Program-made: the position numbers and the translations under genes
NCBI GenBank assembly: GCA_964202905.1
Contig: CAXNJO010000003.1
Span: 32,001 to 96,000, forward strand
Direction of reading: 5' to 3'
Source: Polyangiales bacterium
Lineage (GTDB): Bacteria > Myxococcota_A > Polyangia > Polyangiales > JADJQN01
DNA length: 64,000 nucleotides
The notes under the pieces: model-generated
The model's database searches: none
The model's input: the letters and a program-made list of their open reading frames with translations, nothing else
What the model was told of the DNA's origin: nothing
In this document: positions 1-12,328 of the stretch, piece by piece
How the letters are laid out: each line of letters starts with the position of its first letter
How positions within the stretch are numbered: the first letter of the stretch is position 1

Positions 1-2
1 CC

Positions 3-359
3 CTCGTCTTCAAGCCGATGACGAGCCTCTTCGCGGCCCGCGAGGAGGCCATCGACGGCGCCCGCGAAGAAGCGCGCCGGATGGAGCGCGAGGCCAAGGA
101 GCAGTCCGGCGGCTTCGACGAAGCCATCCGCCGCGTCCGCACCGAGGCGGGCGAGCAGCGCGACAAGCTCCGCGCCGACGGCCTGCAGATCGAGCGCGCG
201 ATGCTCGACACGGTCAAGGACGAGACCGGCCGCCTCCTCGAGGATGCCCGCGTGAAGCTCGAGGCCGAGCGCGAGACCGTGCGCCGCACGATGGCCGCCC
301 AGACCCCGGCGCTCGCCCGCGCCGTCGCGAGCAAGCTGCTCGGCCGAGAGGTGCAGTGA
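3..359 (+). CDS. F0 ATP synthase subunit b' (5'-truncated by window edge)
   Basis: Frame is open from position 3 (LVFKPM...). Charged coiled coil ends in 'ASKLLGREV'. Lies directly upstream of atpF/atpH/atpA. Confidence 0.8.
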   Translation, partial: LVFKPMTSLFAAREEAIDGAREEARRMEREAKEQSGGFDEAIRRVRTEAGEQRDKLRADGLQIERAMLDTVKDETGRLLEDARVKLEAERETVRRTMAAQTPALARAVASKLLGREVQ

Positions 360-1102
360 TGCGCGCGCCCGCCACGTCTTCCTTCCTCCGCACCGCCTTC
401 CTCCGCAGCGCCTTCCTCCGCACCGCCTTCCTCCGCACCGCCCTCCTCGGGGCGGCCCTGTTCACGGGAGCCCCGTTCGCGGGCGGTCTCGTCGACGTCG
501 CCCGCGCGCAGGACGCGCACGGCGGCGAACACGGAGCAGAGCACGGTGAAGCGCACGGCGGCGAACACGCGGCCGCCAGCGCGCACGGCGTCAACGCCCT
601 CGAGCTCGCCGCGAGCTTCGTCAACTTCGCCGTGTTGCTCGGCATCCTCGTCTACCTCGGGCGCAAGCCGACGCGGGCCTACCTCGCCTCGCGCCGCGCC
701 GCCGTCGTCGATGGCCTCGCCGAGGCGCAGCGCATGAAGGCCGCTGCCGAAGCGAAGTACAACGAATACCAGGCCCGCGTCGCGAACCTCGACGCCGAGC
801 TCGCGCAGATCAAGAGCGAGATCATCGCGTCCGGCGAGGCCGAGCGCGAGCGCATCGTCGCCGAGGCCGAGCGCAAGTCGGCCCGCCTCCGCCGCGAGAC
901 CGAGTTCCTCATCGAGCAGCAGCTCAAGCAGCTCCGCGTCGACCTCACGCGCGAGTCGGTCGAGGCCGCGATGACCGCCGCCGAGAAGCTCCTGCGCGAG
1001 CGCACGACGGACGACGACCAGCAGCGCCTCGCGCGCGCCTACGTCGGCAAGCTCGCCCCCGCTGCCGCCGCGCGGCCGGGCGGTCAGGGAGGGGCAGCAT
1101 GA
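356..1102 (+). CDS. atpF: F0 ATP synthase subunit b with signal-like and His-rich N-terminal extension
   Basis: TM segment 'FVNFAVLLGILVYLGRKP' followed by a long coiled coil; overlaps both neighbours; position in atp operon. Confidence 0.85.
   Translation: MMRAPATSSFLRTAFLRSAFLRTAFLRTALLGAALFTGAPFAGGLVDVARAQDAHGGEHGAEHGEAHGGEHAAASAHGVNALELAASFVNFAVLLGILVYLGRKPTRAYLASRRAAVVDGLAEAQRMKAAAEAKYNEYQARVANLDAELAQIKSEIIASGEAERERIVAEAERKSARLRRETEFLIEQQLKQLRVDLTRESVEAAMTAAEKLLRERTTDDDQQRLARAYVGKLAPAAAARPGGQGGAA
381..447 (+). repeat. 15-bp tandem repeat (CCTTCCTCCGCACCG-like, ~4.5 copies) encoding (AFLR[T/S])n in the atpF N-terminus
   Basis: Directly visible in the sequence. Confidence 0.85.
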
Positions 1103-1638
1103 GCGCCGTCGGACGCCGTTACGCCAAGGCCCTGCTCGACCTCGCCGTCGAGCAGAGGCAGGAAGACAGGCTCGGCAGCGAGCTCGACGCGCTCGCCGCC
1201 TCCTGGGAGACGAGTTCCGACCTCCGCGTCGTCTTCCAGAGCCCGAACATCGACGCCGCGTCCCGCGCGAAGGTCATCGACGCGCTCGCCGCGCGCATGG
1301 CGCTCTCGCCGACGACGCGCAACGCCGCGCGCCTGCTCGCGGACCGCAGCCGCTTCGGACACATCCGCGAGATCGCGCGGGCGTACCACGCGCTCCGCGA
1401 AGAGCGCGGCGGCCTCGTGCTCGCGGAGGTGACCTCCGCCACGACCCTGCCGGACGCCTATTTCCTCGAGCTCGAGCGCACCCTCGGCCAGGTGACCGGC
1501 CGCAAGGTCCGCATCGTCAAGCGCGTCGATCCGAGCCTCATCGCCGGCGTCGTCACGAAGGTCGGCGACAAGGTCTTCGACGGCAGCGTGAAGAACCGCC
1601 TCGCCGAGTTGCGCGCGTCGCTCAGCGACGCGACCTGA
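1099..1638 (+). CDS. atpH: F1 ATP synthase delta subunit
   Basis: N-terminal 'RRYAKALLDLA' and C-terminal 'VDPSLIAGVVTKVGDKVFDGSV' OSCP/delta signatures. Confidence 0.93.
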   Translation: MSAVGRRYAKALLDLAVEQRQEDRLGSELDALAASWETSSDLRVVFQSPNIDAASRAKVIDALAARMALSPTTRNAARLLADRSRFGHIREIARAYHALREERGGLVLAEVTSATTLPDAYFLELERTLGQVTGRKVRIVKRVDPSLIAGVVTKVGDKVFDGSVKNRLAELRASLSDAT

Positions 1639-1761
1639 TCCCGCGACGTCGCGCCCGCGCGACGACCGCTGCCCGACTCCGCACGCTCCCCTCCGTTCAC
1701 CGTTCCCCCGATCGACCAGCGCGCGCAGCCCATCGCCGGCGGCGCGATCAAGAGGCCCCCG

Positions 1762-3426
<1,665 letters not shown>

Positions 3427-3537
3427 TCCCGGCGGTCTCCCGGCATCCCGCCGGGGGCCGCACCGTCGCGCCGCGGGGCCCGCACCCGCCCCGCGCGCGA
3501 CCGTCCCGACGCACCGCAGGCCGCAGAGAAGGCACCC

Positions 3538-4410
3538 ATGGCGAACCTCAAGTCGATCCGCAAGCGCATCGGCAGCGTCAAGAACACGCAGAAGATCACG
3601 CGCGCGATGAAGATGGTCGCGGCGGCCCGGCTGCGGCGCGCGCAGCAGGCGATCACCGAGTTGCGGCCCTACGCGCAGAAGACGCTCGAGGTGCTCTCCA
3701 GCGTCGCGACGCGCGTGTCCGGCGACGACGTCGTGCACCCGCTCCTCGAGCGGCGCGAGCCGAAGAACGTGATGCTGGTCGTGCTCACGAGCGACCGCGG
3801 CCTCGCGGGCGCGTTCAACACGAACATCAACAAGGCCGCCTTCCAGTTCCTCAAGAAGCTCGAGTCCGAAGGCAAGGAAGTCTCGGTCGCCGTCGTCGGC
3901 CGCAAGGGCAAGGAGTACTTCTCCCGCCGCGGCGCGACCCTGCGACACACCTTCACCGGCGTGTTCGAGAACCTCTCGGTGGCCAAGGCCTCCGAGATCG
4001 GCAAGGTGCTCGCCGACGAATACGAGCGCTCCGATCTCGACGCGATCTACCTCTGTTACAACGAGTTCAAGAGCGCGCTCACGCAGAAGGTGACGATCGA
4101 GCCGCTGCTGCCGATCGCCGTCCAGCCGCTCGCCGAGACGGAGTCCGCGGTCGACTTCATCTACGAGCCCGACAAGCACGCGCTCCTCGACCGCCTGCTC
4201 CCGATGTACGCCGAGGTCGAGGTGTACCGCGCGCTCCTCGAGAGCGTCGCCTCCGAGCACGGCGCGCGCATGACCGCGATGGACAACGCCACGCGCAACG
4301 CGAGCGAGCTCGTCGGCAAGCTGACGCTCATCTACAACCGCGCACGGCAGGCCGCGATCACGAAGGAACTGATGGAGATCATCGGCGGCGCCGAGGCCCT
4401 CAAGGGCTGA
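3538..4410 (+). CDS. atpG: F1 ATP synthase gamma subunit
   Basis: 'KITRAMKMVAAA', 'SDRGLAGAFN', 'YNRARQAAITKELMEIIGGA'. Confidence 0.97.
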   Translation: MANLKSIRKRIGSVKNTQKITRAMKMVAAARLRRAQQAITELRPYAQKTLEVLSSVATRVSGDDVVHPLLERREPKNVMLVVLTSDRGLAGAFNTNINKAAFQFLKKLESEGKEVSVAVVGRKGKEYFSRRGATLRHTFTGVFENLSVAKASEIGKVLADEYERSDLDAIYLCYNEFKSALTQKVTIEPLLPIAVQPLAETESAVDFIYEPDKHALLDRLLPMYAEVEVYRALLESVASEHGARMTAMDNATRNASELVGKLTLIYNRARQAAITKELMEIIGGAEALKG

Positions 4411-4430
4411 GCGCAGCGAGCCTCGGCTCC

Positions 4431-5810
4431 ATGACCCCGCAGCGCCGCACGATCCCGGTCGTCGGCGCTGCGCTGTTTTTGGTCGGTCTGCTCGCTGCGG
4501 GCGCGCGGGTGCTCGCCCATGAGCGCGGCGAAGCAGACCGACGCAGCGAGTTCGTGAGCGTTCCGGAGTCCACCTCGCGCGGCGCGGAGCCCGGCGCGCT
4601 GGTGCTGCTCTCGATGCCGCTCGAACAGGGTGAGTCGGTCGACTTCGAGGTCTGCGTGCAGCGCCGCGCGCGGGCCGCAGCGACCGCCACCGGCGCACGC
4701 ATCGCGGTCTGGCCGCTCGACGAAAGCGCGGGCCGCGCCGCCGAGCCGCTGCTGGAGGCCTCGCTCGACGAGACGCTGCGCGACGACGGCAGCGTCGCCA
4801 GCGTCGAGGGCGCGACATGCCTGCGATTCGCCTCGGCGCGCGCGCTCGGCGAGTCGGGGCGCTTCGCGCTCGGCGTGCGCTGGGCAGACGACGGGGGCCC
4901 CTCCCCCGCGCTCCGCGCGCTGCCGCTCGCCGGGCGCATCGTCGTGCGTCGTGGGCTCGTCGGCGCCGACCGCGCCGCCCTCGCGCTGCTCGGCGCAGGC
5001 GCGCTCACGCTGCTGATCGGGCTCGCGCTGCGACGTCGTGCAGAGGCGCCTCACGAGCGCCGAATTGCAGCGATTTCCGGCGATGGTGCGAATCCCACGA
5101 ATGGCGAGAATGGGATTCTCGAAGTCGGCATGTTGGGGAATCCCGCTCTGCGCGGCTCCATCCCGCGCGTCGTGGGTGTGCTCCTCATGCTCGGCGGGAT
5201 GCTGCTCGTGCCCGTCGCCATCCCGCTCGACGGCGCGACGCTCCCCTTCGCGTTCGCGTCCATCCTCGCCGCCTGGCAGGGCCTGCTCGCGTTCCGCGGC
5301 GTCTCGCTCGCCGCACGTGCCGGACGTGCCCGCACCGACACGCTCGGGCTCGGCCCGCCGACGCGTCGTGCGTTGGTCGGGCTCGTCACGGCGCCCGTCG
5401 TCGGGGTCGCGCTCTTCGTGATCGGCGGCGTGGTGCAGGGGCTCGTCGCGCGGCTCGGCCCGGCGGAGACCACTTCGGCCGTCGAGCGCTTTGTATCCTG
5501 GCCGAGCGCAACGCTCGCCGTGGCCGCCGTCGCGCTCATCTCGCCGATCGCCGAAGAGACATTCTTCCGCGGCTTCGTGTTCGGCGACCTCACGGGGCGA
5601 CTGGGCCCGCTCGTCGCCGGCGTCCTCACGACGATCGCGTTCGTGCTGCCGCATCTGCCGCAGCTCTGGGGCGCCTGGGGCGCGATCGCCGCGCTCACCG
5701 TCACGAGCGCCGCGCTCACCGCGCTGCGTGCATCGACCGGCTCGACGCTCGTGCCCGCGCTCGCGCACCTCGCCCACAACGCGGCGCTCGCGCTCGTCGC
5801 GACCTCCTGA
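4431..5810 (+). CDS. CPBP (type II CAAX/Abi) intramembrane glutamic protease with extra N-terminal extracytoplasmic domain
   Basis: [12 protein letters not shown] and HLAHN motifs in a multi-TM C-terminal half. Confidence 0.8.
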   Translation: MTPQRRTIPVVGAALFLVGLLAAGARVLAHERGEADRRSEFVSVPESTSRGAEPGALVLLSMPLEQGESVDFEVCVQRRARAAATATGARIAVWPLDESAGRAAEPLLEASLDETLRDDGSVASVEGATCLRFASARALGESGRFALGVRWADDGGPSPALRALPLAGRIVVRRGLVGADRAALALLGAGALTLLIGLALRRRAEAPHERRIAAISGDGANPTNGENGILEVGMLGNPALRGSIPRVVGVLLMLGGMLLVPVAIPLDGATLPFAFASILAAWQGLLAFRGVSLAARAGRARTDTLGLGPPTRRALVGLVTAPVVGVALFVIGGVVQGLVARLGPAETTSAVERFVSWPSATLAVAAVALISPIAEETFFRGFVFGDLTGRLGPLVAGVLTTIAFVLPHLPQLWGAWGAIAALTVTSAALTALRASTGSTLVPALAHLAHNAALALVATS

Positions 5811-5940
5811 GCGGGCGCGATGCGCGGCGGCTGCGCGGTCGTGCCATCCACGTGCGGCGGGGGGCGGTGCCCGGCGCGTCACGCCGCGGCGCACAGGCTC
5901 TGCTAGGGTTCCGCGCGCGCAAAGGCGCGGAGGAGAGACC

Positions 5941-6915
5941 ATGGCGAGCCTGCTCGATCAGCTCACGCAGATGACCGTCGTCGTCGCCGACACGGGCGAT
6001 TTCAAGTCGATCGAGAAGTTCCGGCCGCGCGACGCGACGACGAATCCCTCGCTCATCACCGCGGCCGCGCAGATGCCCGAGTACGCGGCCATCGTCGACG
6101 AGGCGGTGCGCTGGGCGAAGGCGCAGGGCGGCGCGCGCGACGTGGTCATCACGAACGCGCTCGATCGGCTCGCGGTCGAGTTCGGGCGCCGCATCCTCGA
6201 GATCATCCCGGGCCGCGTCTCGACGGAGGTCGACGCGCGCCTGAGCTTCGACACGCAGGGCACCCTCGACAAGGCGCGCAAACTCATCGGGTGGTACGAG
6301 GCCGCGGGCGTCGATCGGACGCGCATCCTCGTGAAGATCGCCTCGACGTGGGAGGGCATCCGCGCGGCCGAGGTGCTCGAGCGCGAGGGCATCCACTGCA
6401 ACCTCACGCTGCTCTTCGGGCTGCATCAGGCCATCGCGTGCGCGGAGGCGGGCGTCACGCTCATCTCGCCCTTCGTCGGCCGCATCCTCGACTGGCACAA
6501 GAAGCACACAGGCCGCGAGAGCTACGCGCCGCACGAAGACCCGGGCGTCGTCTCCGTGACGCGCATCTTCGAGTACTACAAGCGCCACGGCCACGCGACG
6601 GAGGTCATGGGCGCGAGCTTCCGCAACGTCGGTGAGATCACCGAACTCGCCGGCTGCGATCTGCTCACCATCTCCCCGCAGCTCCTCGCCGAGCTGGCCG
6701 CGACCGACGCGCCGCTGCCGCGCAAGCTCGACGCCGCCGCGGCGCGCGCGCTCGACATCGCGCGGATCGCGATGGACGAGGCGACCTTCCGCGCCATGCA
6801 CGCCGAGGACGCGATGGCGAAGGACAAGCTCGCCGAGGGCATCGAGGGCTTCTCGAAGGCGCTCGTGCAGGCCGAGCAGCTGCTTGGCGCGCGCCTCGAC
6901 GCACTCCCGGGCTGA
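5941..6915 (+). CDS. tal: Transaldolase
   Basis: 'VVADTGD', 'DATTNPSLI', '[12 protein letters not shown]', '[12 protein letters not shown]'; GGAGGAG SD before ATG 5941. Confidence 0.97.
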   Translation: MASLLDQLTQMTVVVADTGDFKSIEKFRPRDATTNPSLITAAAQMPEYAAIVDEAVRWAKAQGGARDVVITNALDRLAVEFGRRILEIIPGRVSTEVDARLSFDTQGTLDKARKLIGWYEAAGVDRTRILVKIASTWEGIRAAEVLEREGIHCNLTLLFGLHQAIACAEAGVTLISPFVGRILDWHKKHTGRESYAPHEDPGVVSVTRIFEYYKRHGHATEVMGASFRNVGEITELAGCDLLTISPQLLAELAATDAPLPRKLDAAAARALDIARIAMDEATFRAMHAEDAMAKDKLAEGIEGFSKALVQAEQLLGARLDALPG

Positions 6916-6974
6916 GGACGCACGACGCCGAGTCAGCGCGAAAGACCGAGCGAGCCCGATCGCTGAATGGTGAT

Positions 6975-9026
6975 TCAGCGCCCGAGGTGCGCACGCACGC
7001 GGGCTGCGACGGACTCCTTCGAGAAGCCGAACTCGCGCGCGATGACCTCGCCGGGCGCGCTCGCGCCGAAGCGGTCGACGCCGAGGACGAGGCCGCGGCG
7101 GCCGACGAGGCGCCACCAGCCGCTCGTGCGGCCCGCCTCGATCGCCACGATCGTCGCGGAGTCGTCCTCGGGCACCACGGACGTGCGGTAGGCCGCGTCC
7201 TGCGCCTCGAAGCGCTCGCGGCACGGCATGCTCACGACGCGCGCGCGCACGCCCTCGGCCGCGAGCACCGTGCGCGCCTCGAGCGCGAGGCCGACCTCGC
7301 TGCCCGTCGCGACGAGCACGACCTCGGGCGCGCCGCCCTCGGCCTCGGCGAGCACGTAGCCGCCGCGCCAGACGTCACGCGGCGCGAAGCCCGCGGGGCG
7401 CGTGAGGGCGGGGAGCTTCTGCCGCGAGAAGAGCAGCGCCGCGGGGCGGTTGCCCTCGGGCCGCGCGAGCGCGAAGGCCCAGGCGAGCGCCGTCTCGAGG
7501 CCGTCGGCGGGGCGCCAGACGTCGAGCTGCGGAATCAGCCGCAGGGCCTCGATGTGCTCGACGGGCTCGTGCGTCGGGCCGTCCTCGCCGACCCAGAAGC
7601 TGTCGTGCGTGAAGACGAAGATCGTCGGCAGGTGCGAGAGCGCGGCGAGGCGCACCGGCGCGCGCATGTAGTCGCTGAAGACGAGGAAGGTCGCGCAGTA
7701 CGGGACGAAGCCGCCGAAATAGGCGAGGCCGTTCGCGACGGCGCCCATCGCGTGCTCGCGGATGCCGAAGTGGAGGTTCTTCCCGACGAACGAAGGGTCG
7801 GGCAGAACGTCGGACGCGATCGACGCGGGCACGACGCTCGGCGAGCCCTTGATGCCGGTGTTGTTCGAGGGCTCGAGATCCGCCGAGCCGCCGACCATCC
7901 ACGGCAGCAGCGCGGCCGCGCGCTGGATCACGCGGCCTGAGAGCGCGCGCGTCGCGGCCGCGTCGGTGCCGACCGCGGCGACGAGCTGCTCGACGAGATC
8001 GGCTGGCGTCTCGCGGGCGTGGTGCGCGTCCCACTGCGCGGCGAGCTCGGGGCGCGCGGCGCGCCAGGCGGCGAAGCTGCGCTCCCAGCCGGTGCGCGCG
8101 GTGCGGTTGCGCTCGGCGACGGCCGCGAACACGCCGCGCACCTCGTCGGGGATGTGGAAGGTCTCGGCCGGCCACCCGAAGGCCGCGCGCACGCGGGCGA
8201 GCTCTTCCGCGCCGAGCGGCGCGCCGTGGACTTCGTGGGTGCCCGCCTTCGTCGGGGCGCCGAAGCCGATGGTCGTCTTGGCGACGATGAGCGAGGGGCG
8301 CTTGGTCTCGGCGCGGGCGCGGGCGAGCGCGCCGCGGATCTGCCCGTGATCGTGGCCGTCGACGTGCTGCACGTGCCAGCCGAGCGCCTCGAAGCGGCGG
8401 CCGACGTCCTCGCTCATCGAGAGGTCGAGGTGCCCTTCGATCGTGATGTCGTTCGCGTCGTAGACGAAGACGAGGTTGCCGAGACCGAGGTGCCCCGCGA
8501 GCGACGCGGCCTCGGCGCAGACGCCCTCCTGGATGTCGCCGTCGCCGCAGATCCCGTAGATGTGCGCGTCCATGACGACGTGGTCGGAGTCGTTGAAGCG
8601 CGCCGCGAGCATCTTGCTCGCGAGGGCCATGCCGACCGCGTTCGCGAAGCCGTTGCCGAGCGGCCCGGTCGTCGCCTCGACCCCGACGGTGTGCCCGTAT
8701 TCCGGGTGTCCCGGCGTCTTGCTGCCCCACTGGCGGAAGCGCTTGAGCTCGTCGAGCGGCAGGTCGTAGCCGCTCAGGTGCAGGAGCGAATACAGCAACA
8801 TGCTCGCGTGCCCGCCGGAGAGCACGAAGCGATCGCGGTTCGCCCACAGGGGATCGCTGCCATCGTGGCGGAGCACCTCCGTGAAGAGGACGAACGCGAC
8901 GTCGGCGATGCCCATCGGCGTGCCGGGGTGCCCGGACTTCGCCTTCTCGACGGCGTCCGCCGAGAGCATGCGGATGGTGTCGACACAGCGACGGCGGAGC
9001 GACTCGGGGAGGTTCACGAGGTCCAT
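6975..9026 (-). CDS. tkt: Transketolase
   Basis: 'SGHPG', '[12 protein letters not shown]', TPP motif GDG...N, 'FGIREHAM', '[10 protein letters not shown]'. Confidence 0.97.
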   Translation of the reverse strand: MDLVNLPESLRRRCVDTIRMLSADAVEKAKSGHPGTPMGIADVAFVLFTEVLRHDGSDPLWANRDRFVLSGGHASMLLYSLLHLSGYDLPLDELKRFRQWGSKTPGHPEYGHTVGVEATTGPLGNGFANAVGMALASKMLAARFNDSDHVVMDAHIYGICGDGDIQEGVCAEAASLAGHLGLGNLVFVYDANDITIEGHLDLSMSEDVGRRFEALGWHVQHVDGHDHGQIRGALARARAETKRPSLIVAKTTIGFGAPTKAGTHEVHGAPLGAEELARVRAAFGWPAETFHIPDEVRGVFAAVAERNRTARTGWERSFAAWRAARPELAAQWDAHHARETPADLVEQLVAAVGTDAAATRALSGRVIQRAAALLPWMVGGSADLEPSNNTGIKGSPSVVPASIASDVLPDPSFVGKNLHFGIREHAMGAVANGLAYFGGFVPYCATFLVFSDYMRAPVRLAALSHLPTIFVFTHDSFWVGEDGPTHEPVEHIEALRLIPQLDVWRPADGLETALAWAFALARPEGNRPAALLFSRQKLPALTRPAGFAPRDVWRGGYVLAEAEGGAPEVVLVATGSEVGLALEARTVLAAEGVRARVVSMPCRERFEAQDAAYRTSVVPEDDSATIVAIEAGRTSGWWRLVGRRGLVLGVDRFGASAPGEVIAREFGFSKESVAARVRAHLGR

Positions 9027-9170
9027 GGCGCGCGGTTTTATACGGTCCGGCCGCGCCGCGAAACAGCGACGTCGCAGAATCGTCGCCGCGCGCGTGCCGT
9101 CGCGCGGAAAGGCCCATTTTTCGATGGCGGCGTGACGCAAGCGCGCCAACGACGGACCGTGACGGAACGA

Positions 9171-9896
9171 TCAGGGCAGCGCGCCCGCGATCGCCGCGCG
9201 CACTGCGTCGCTCAGCGCGCCGCGACGCGCGTGCCCGTAGTCGCGCGGGTCGATCGGCGCGTGCACGACGACGCGCACGGGCGTGCCGACGCCGAGCGCG
9301 GTGCTGCCGCTGCGCAGGACGTCGAACGTGCCGACGAGCGTCACGGGCAGCACGCGCAGGCCCGCATCGAGCGCGAGGTGGAAGCCGCCGCTCTTGAACG
9401 GGCCGAGGCGTCCGTCGCGCGAGCGCGTCCCCTCCGGCGCGATCCAGATGCTCACGCCCTCCTCGACCATGCGGCGCTTCGCGAGCGCGAGGCTCGCGAT
9501 GGCGCGGTCCCGATCGCGCCGATCGATCGCGACGAAGCCCGAGACGCGCATCGCCTCGCCCCAGATCGGCACGCGGAAGAGCTCCTGCTTGGCGATCATA
9601 CGGAGTCGCAGCGGGAGCGCCTGGAAGAGCACCGGCACGTCGTAATGCGACTGGTGGTTGCTCATCACGAGGAAGACCTCGCGCCCATCGCCGAGGTGCG
9701 CGAGGCCCTCGACGGAGACCCGGACGCCCGCATGCGCGAGGAGGCGCGCGGACCACGACCGCAGGCGCGCGTCGTAGACGGCGTGCGGCGCGCCGCGGCC
9801 GAGCGCCGCCTCGAGCACGGTGGGCGCGCTGATGCGCAGGGTCTCGACGACGGCGTGCGAGAGGGTCGCGGCGGGGCGGAGCGCGGAGAGGGGCAT
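9171..9896 (-). CDS. plsC: 1-acyl-sn-glycerol-3-phosphate (lysophospholipid) acyltransferase
   Basis: NHQSHYD (HxxxxD) and PEGTRS motifs. Confidence 0.85.
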   Translation of the reverse strand: MPLSALRPAATLSHAVVETLRISAPTVLEAALGRGAPHAVYDARLRSWSARLLAHAGVRVSVEGLAHLGDGREVFLVMSNHQSHYDVPVLFQALPLRLRMIAKQELFRVPIWGEAMRVSGFVAIDRRDRDRAIASLALAKRRMVEEGVSIWIAPEGTRSRDGRLGPFKSGGFHLALDAGLRVLPVTLVGTFDVLRSGSTALGVGTPVRVVVHAPIDPRDYGHARRGALSDAVRAAIAGALP

Positions 9897-10900
9897 CAGG
9901 TGGACCTCGCGGGGGCGGCGGCGAGCGCGCCCAGCAGGAAGCGCACGATCAGCGGCTCGAACCAGAAATGCGGGCGCAGCGCCGTGCCCGCGACGAAGGC
10001 GACGTGCCCGCCGTGCGGCGTGCGCACGGGCGTGAGCAGCGGGTGCGCGTCGAGGGTGTCGGGGATCGTCGCGCCGGGGATGAGCGGGTCGTCGTCCGCG
10101 TGAAGCACGAGCACGGGCCGCGCGATGCGCGCGAGGTGCGGGCCCGCCGAGGCATCCGCGTAGTAGTGATCGGCCGAGTCGAAGCCGTGGAGCGGCGCCG
10201 TGACGAGCGTGTCGAAGCGGCGGATCGTCCGTGCGCGCGCGACCGCGTCGAGGTCGAGCAGCCCCGGAAAACGCCGCCCCTTCTCGCGCACCTTGCGCTT
10301 GAGGCGGAGCAGGAAACGCTCGCGGTAGAGGCGCACCCAGCCGCCGCTGCGATCGATCTGATCGACGCACGGCGCGAGATCGAGCGGCGCGCTCACGGTC
10401 GCCGCGGCGACGATCGGCGCAGCGTCGCCGGTGCGCGCGAGCAGGTTGAGCAGCACGCTCCCGCCGAGCGAGAAGCCCACCGCGACGAGCGGCCCGCGCA
10501 CGCGCGTGCGCATCCGCGAGAGCGCGAAGAGCACGTCGTCCGTCTCGCCCGCATGGTAGGTGCGCGGGCGCCGGTTCGGACCGAAGCCGCACGAGCGGAA
10601 CGCGAGCGCGCACACGCCGAAGCCCGCGGCCCCGAGCGCGTGGAGCGTCGTCGCCATGTAGCCGGAGTCGGCGCGCGACTCGAGCCCGTGCAGCAGCAGC
10701 GCGTGCGGCGCGTCGGGCGGCGCGGGCAGCCGCAGCACGTCGAGCACGTCGCCATCCGGCGTGTCCCAGCGCTCGCGCACGACGGCCGACAGGCGGCTCG
10801 GGCGCGCGAAATTCGCGAAGATCGTCTGCGCGTGCGGCGACGCGAGGCCGCGCGCGGGCACGAAGGGTGGCACCTCGAAGCGCTGCGCGGATGCCCTCAT
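9896..10900 (-). CDS. YheT-like alpha/beta hydrolase
   Basis: 'HAQTI', 'LHGLES', nucleophile elbow GFSLGG, 'DDP', 'GGHVAF'. Confidence 0.85.
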   Translation of the reverse strand: MRASAQRFEVPPFVPARGLASPHAQTIFANFARPSRLSAVVRERWDTPDGDVLDVLRLPAPPDAPHALLLHGLESRADSGYMATTLHALGAAGFGVCALAFRSCGFGPNRRPRTYHAGETDDVLFALSRMRTRVRGPLVAVGFSLGGSVLLNLLARTGDAAPIVAAATVSAPLDLAPCVDQIDRSGGWVRLYRERFLLRLKRKVREKGRRFPGLLDLDAVARARTIRRFDTLVTAPLHGFDSADHYYADASAGPHLARIARPVLVLHADDDPLIPGATIPDTLDAHPLLTPVRTPHGGHVAFVAGTALRPHFWFEPLIVRFLLGALAAAPARST

Positions 10901-11913
10901 CGCGTCTCCCACCACGGCCCCTCGAGGCGCAGCTCGCAGAGCTCCGCGGGCCGCGTGGCGTCGTCGACGTCGAGCACCGCGAGCGCACGCCGCGGGTCGG
11001 CCGGATCGAGCGCGAGCCCCTCGGCCTTCATGCGGAAGGGCGTTCCGTCGGGGTCCTCGAGGCGCGCGAGCCGCGCGCCGCATGCCGCTGCGAGGCCATC
11101 GGTCACCCCGAGCACGACGCCCGACACGCCGCCGTCGTCGTACGCGTTGGGCGACGCCTCGGCCGCCGCGAGAAAAAACACGCGATCCGCCGTGGCGCAC
11201 GCGTCCGTGAAGCCGAGCCGCGTGCCCTCGAGTTCGCCGAGCGCCCACTGCGCGACGTCGCGAAGCGCAGGCACCGGCGCGCTCGCGTCGTCGAGGTACC
11301 GGAGCGCGGCGTCGAGGGCGAGATCGCACGTCGCGTCGACGGGCACGCGGCCCCCGCGCCGCGCGCCGTTCCCGCGCTGGAAGAGCCGCAGCACGCCGAG
11401 CGCGGGCAGCACCGCGGCACCCTCGACGTTGAGCTCACTGCCGCTGAATCGCCGTTCATTCTCGAGCGCCGCGTAGAGCGCGGGCACGTCGCGCAGCGTG
11501 ACGACGGGCGGCGCGCCGTCGACGCGAAAGTCCGCGAACACGACGCGTGTCCGCGCTGCGCTCGAGCCAGATCCGAGCGCGAGGATGCGACCGTCGGGGA
11601 GGGACACGCACGCCTCGAGATCGAGCTTGTGCCGCTTGTTCCCACGCGCGGGCTCGAACTGCCGGCGGCCCTCGACGACGTGCGGCAACGTGACGGCCGC
11701 GACCGCGCCCTCGGGCGAGAGCAGCGCGAGAAACGACGCGTCGTCCTGCACGACGACGAGCCGCCCCGCGACGCGCGCGAGCCCGGACCCGGCGCGCACG
11801 TGCGCGGGGCGATCGACCATCGCGTCGGCGCCCGCGTCGTAGACGAGCGGACGCCGGGCGATGACCACCGCGCGGAGCCGCGGATCGAAGCGAGCCCGGT
11901 TCGACTGCACCAT
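10897..11913 (-). CDS. Conserved hypothetical protein (propeller-like; possibly DUF6929-type)
   Basis: Coding-like frame with 'KLDLEA', 'GSGS', 'LNVEGA', 'KAEGL'; coupled to the downstream hydrolase. Confidence 0.6.
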   Translation of the reverse strand: MVQSNRARFDPRLRAVVIARRPLVYDAGADAMVDRPAHVRAGSGLARVAGRLVVVQDDASFLALLSPEGAVAAVTLPHVVEGRRQFEPARGNKRHKLDLEACVSLPDGRILALGSGSSAARTRVVFADFRVDGAPPVVTLRDVPALYAALENERRFSGSELNVEGAAVLPALGVLRLFQRGNGARRGGRVPVDATCDLALDAALRYLDDASAPVPALRDVAQWALGELEGTRLGFTDACATADRVFFLAAAEASPNAYDDGGVSGVVLGVTDGLAAACGARLARLEDPDGTPFRMKAEGLALDPADPRRALAVLDVDDATRPAELCELRLEGPWWETR

Positions 11914-11988
11914 GCGACGCCGAGCATAGCGCGGAGCGAACCGCCGCTTTCTTCGGGGGGGCGCGCGGGCATGCGAGCATAGCGCCCC

Positions 11989-12285
11989 ATGATCCGCCGC
12001 GCCGTGGACAGCGTGATCGGGGCCGTCTGCCTCGGCTGCGTGGGCTACGTGTATTTCTTCGTTCCGGTCGGGCAGCGCACGCTCTTCGAGCACACGCGCC
12101 GCATCGCCGCGACCGAGCCCGCGCAGGAATTGCAGCGCGACGCGACGACCACCGCGCACACGCTCGGCGCGCGCGTCGTCGACGAGCTCGAGCGCATGGC
12201 GCCCGACGGCGGCGCGCCCGCTGCGCCGGCCCGACCTGCAGCGGACGACGTGCGCGGCACCGAGCGCGGCACGTCGCGGCGATAG
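11989..12285 (+). CDS. Small membrane-anchored hypothetical protein
   Basis: N-terminal hydrophobic helix; fills the gap between opposite-strand genes. Confidence 0.55.
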   Translation: MIRRAVDSVIGAVCLGCVGYVYFFVPVGQRTLFEHTRRIAATEPAQELQRDATTTAHTLGARVVDELERMAPDGGAPAAPARPAADDVRGTERGTSRR

Positions 12286-12328
12286 ACAGTCAGCCGGCTG
12301 GGTGTCTGCGCCCCCGGCGTGTCGACGA

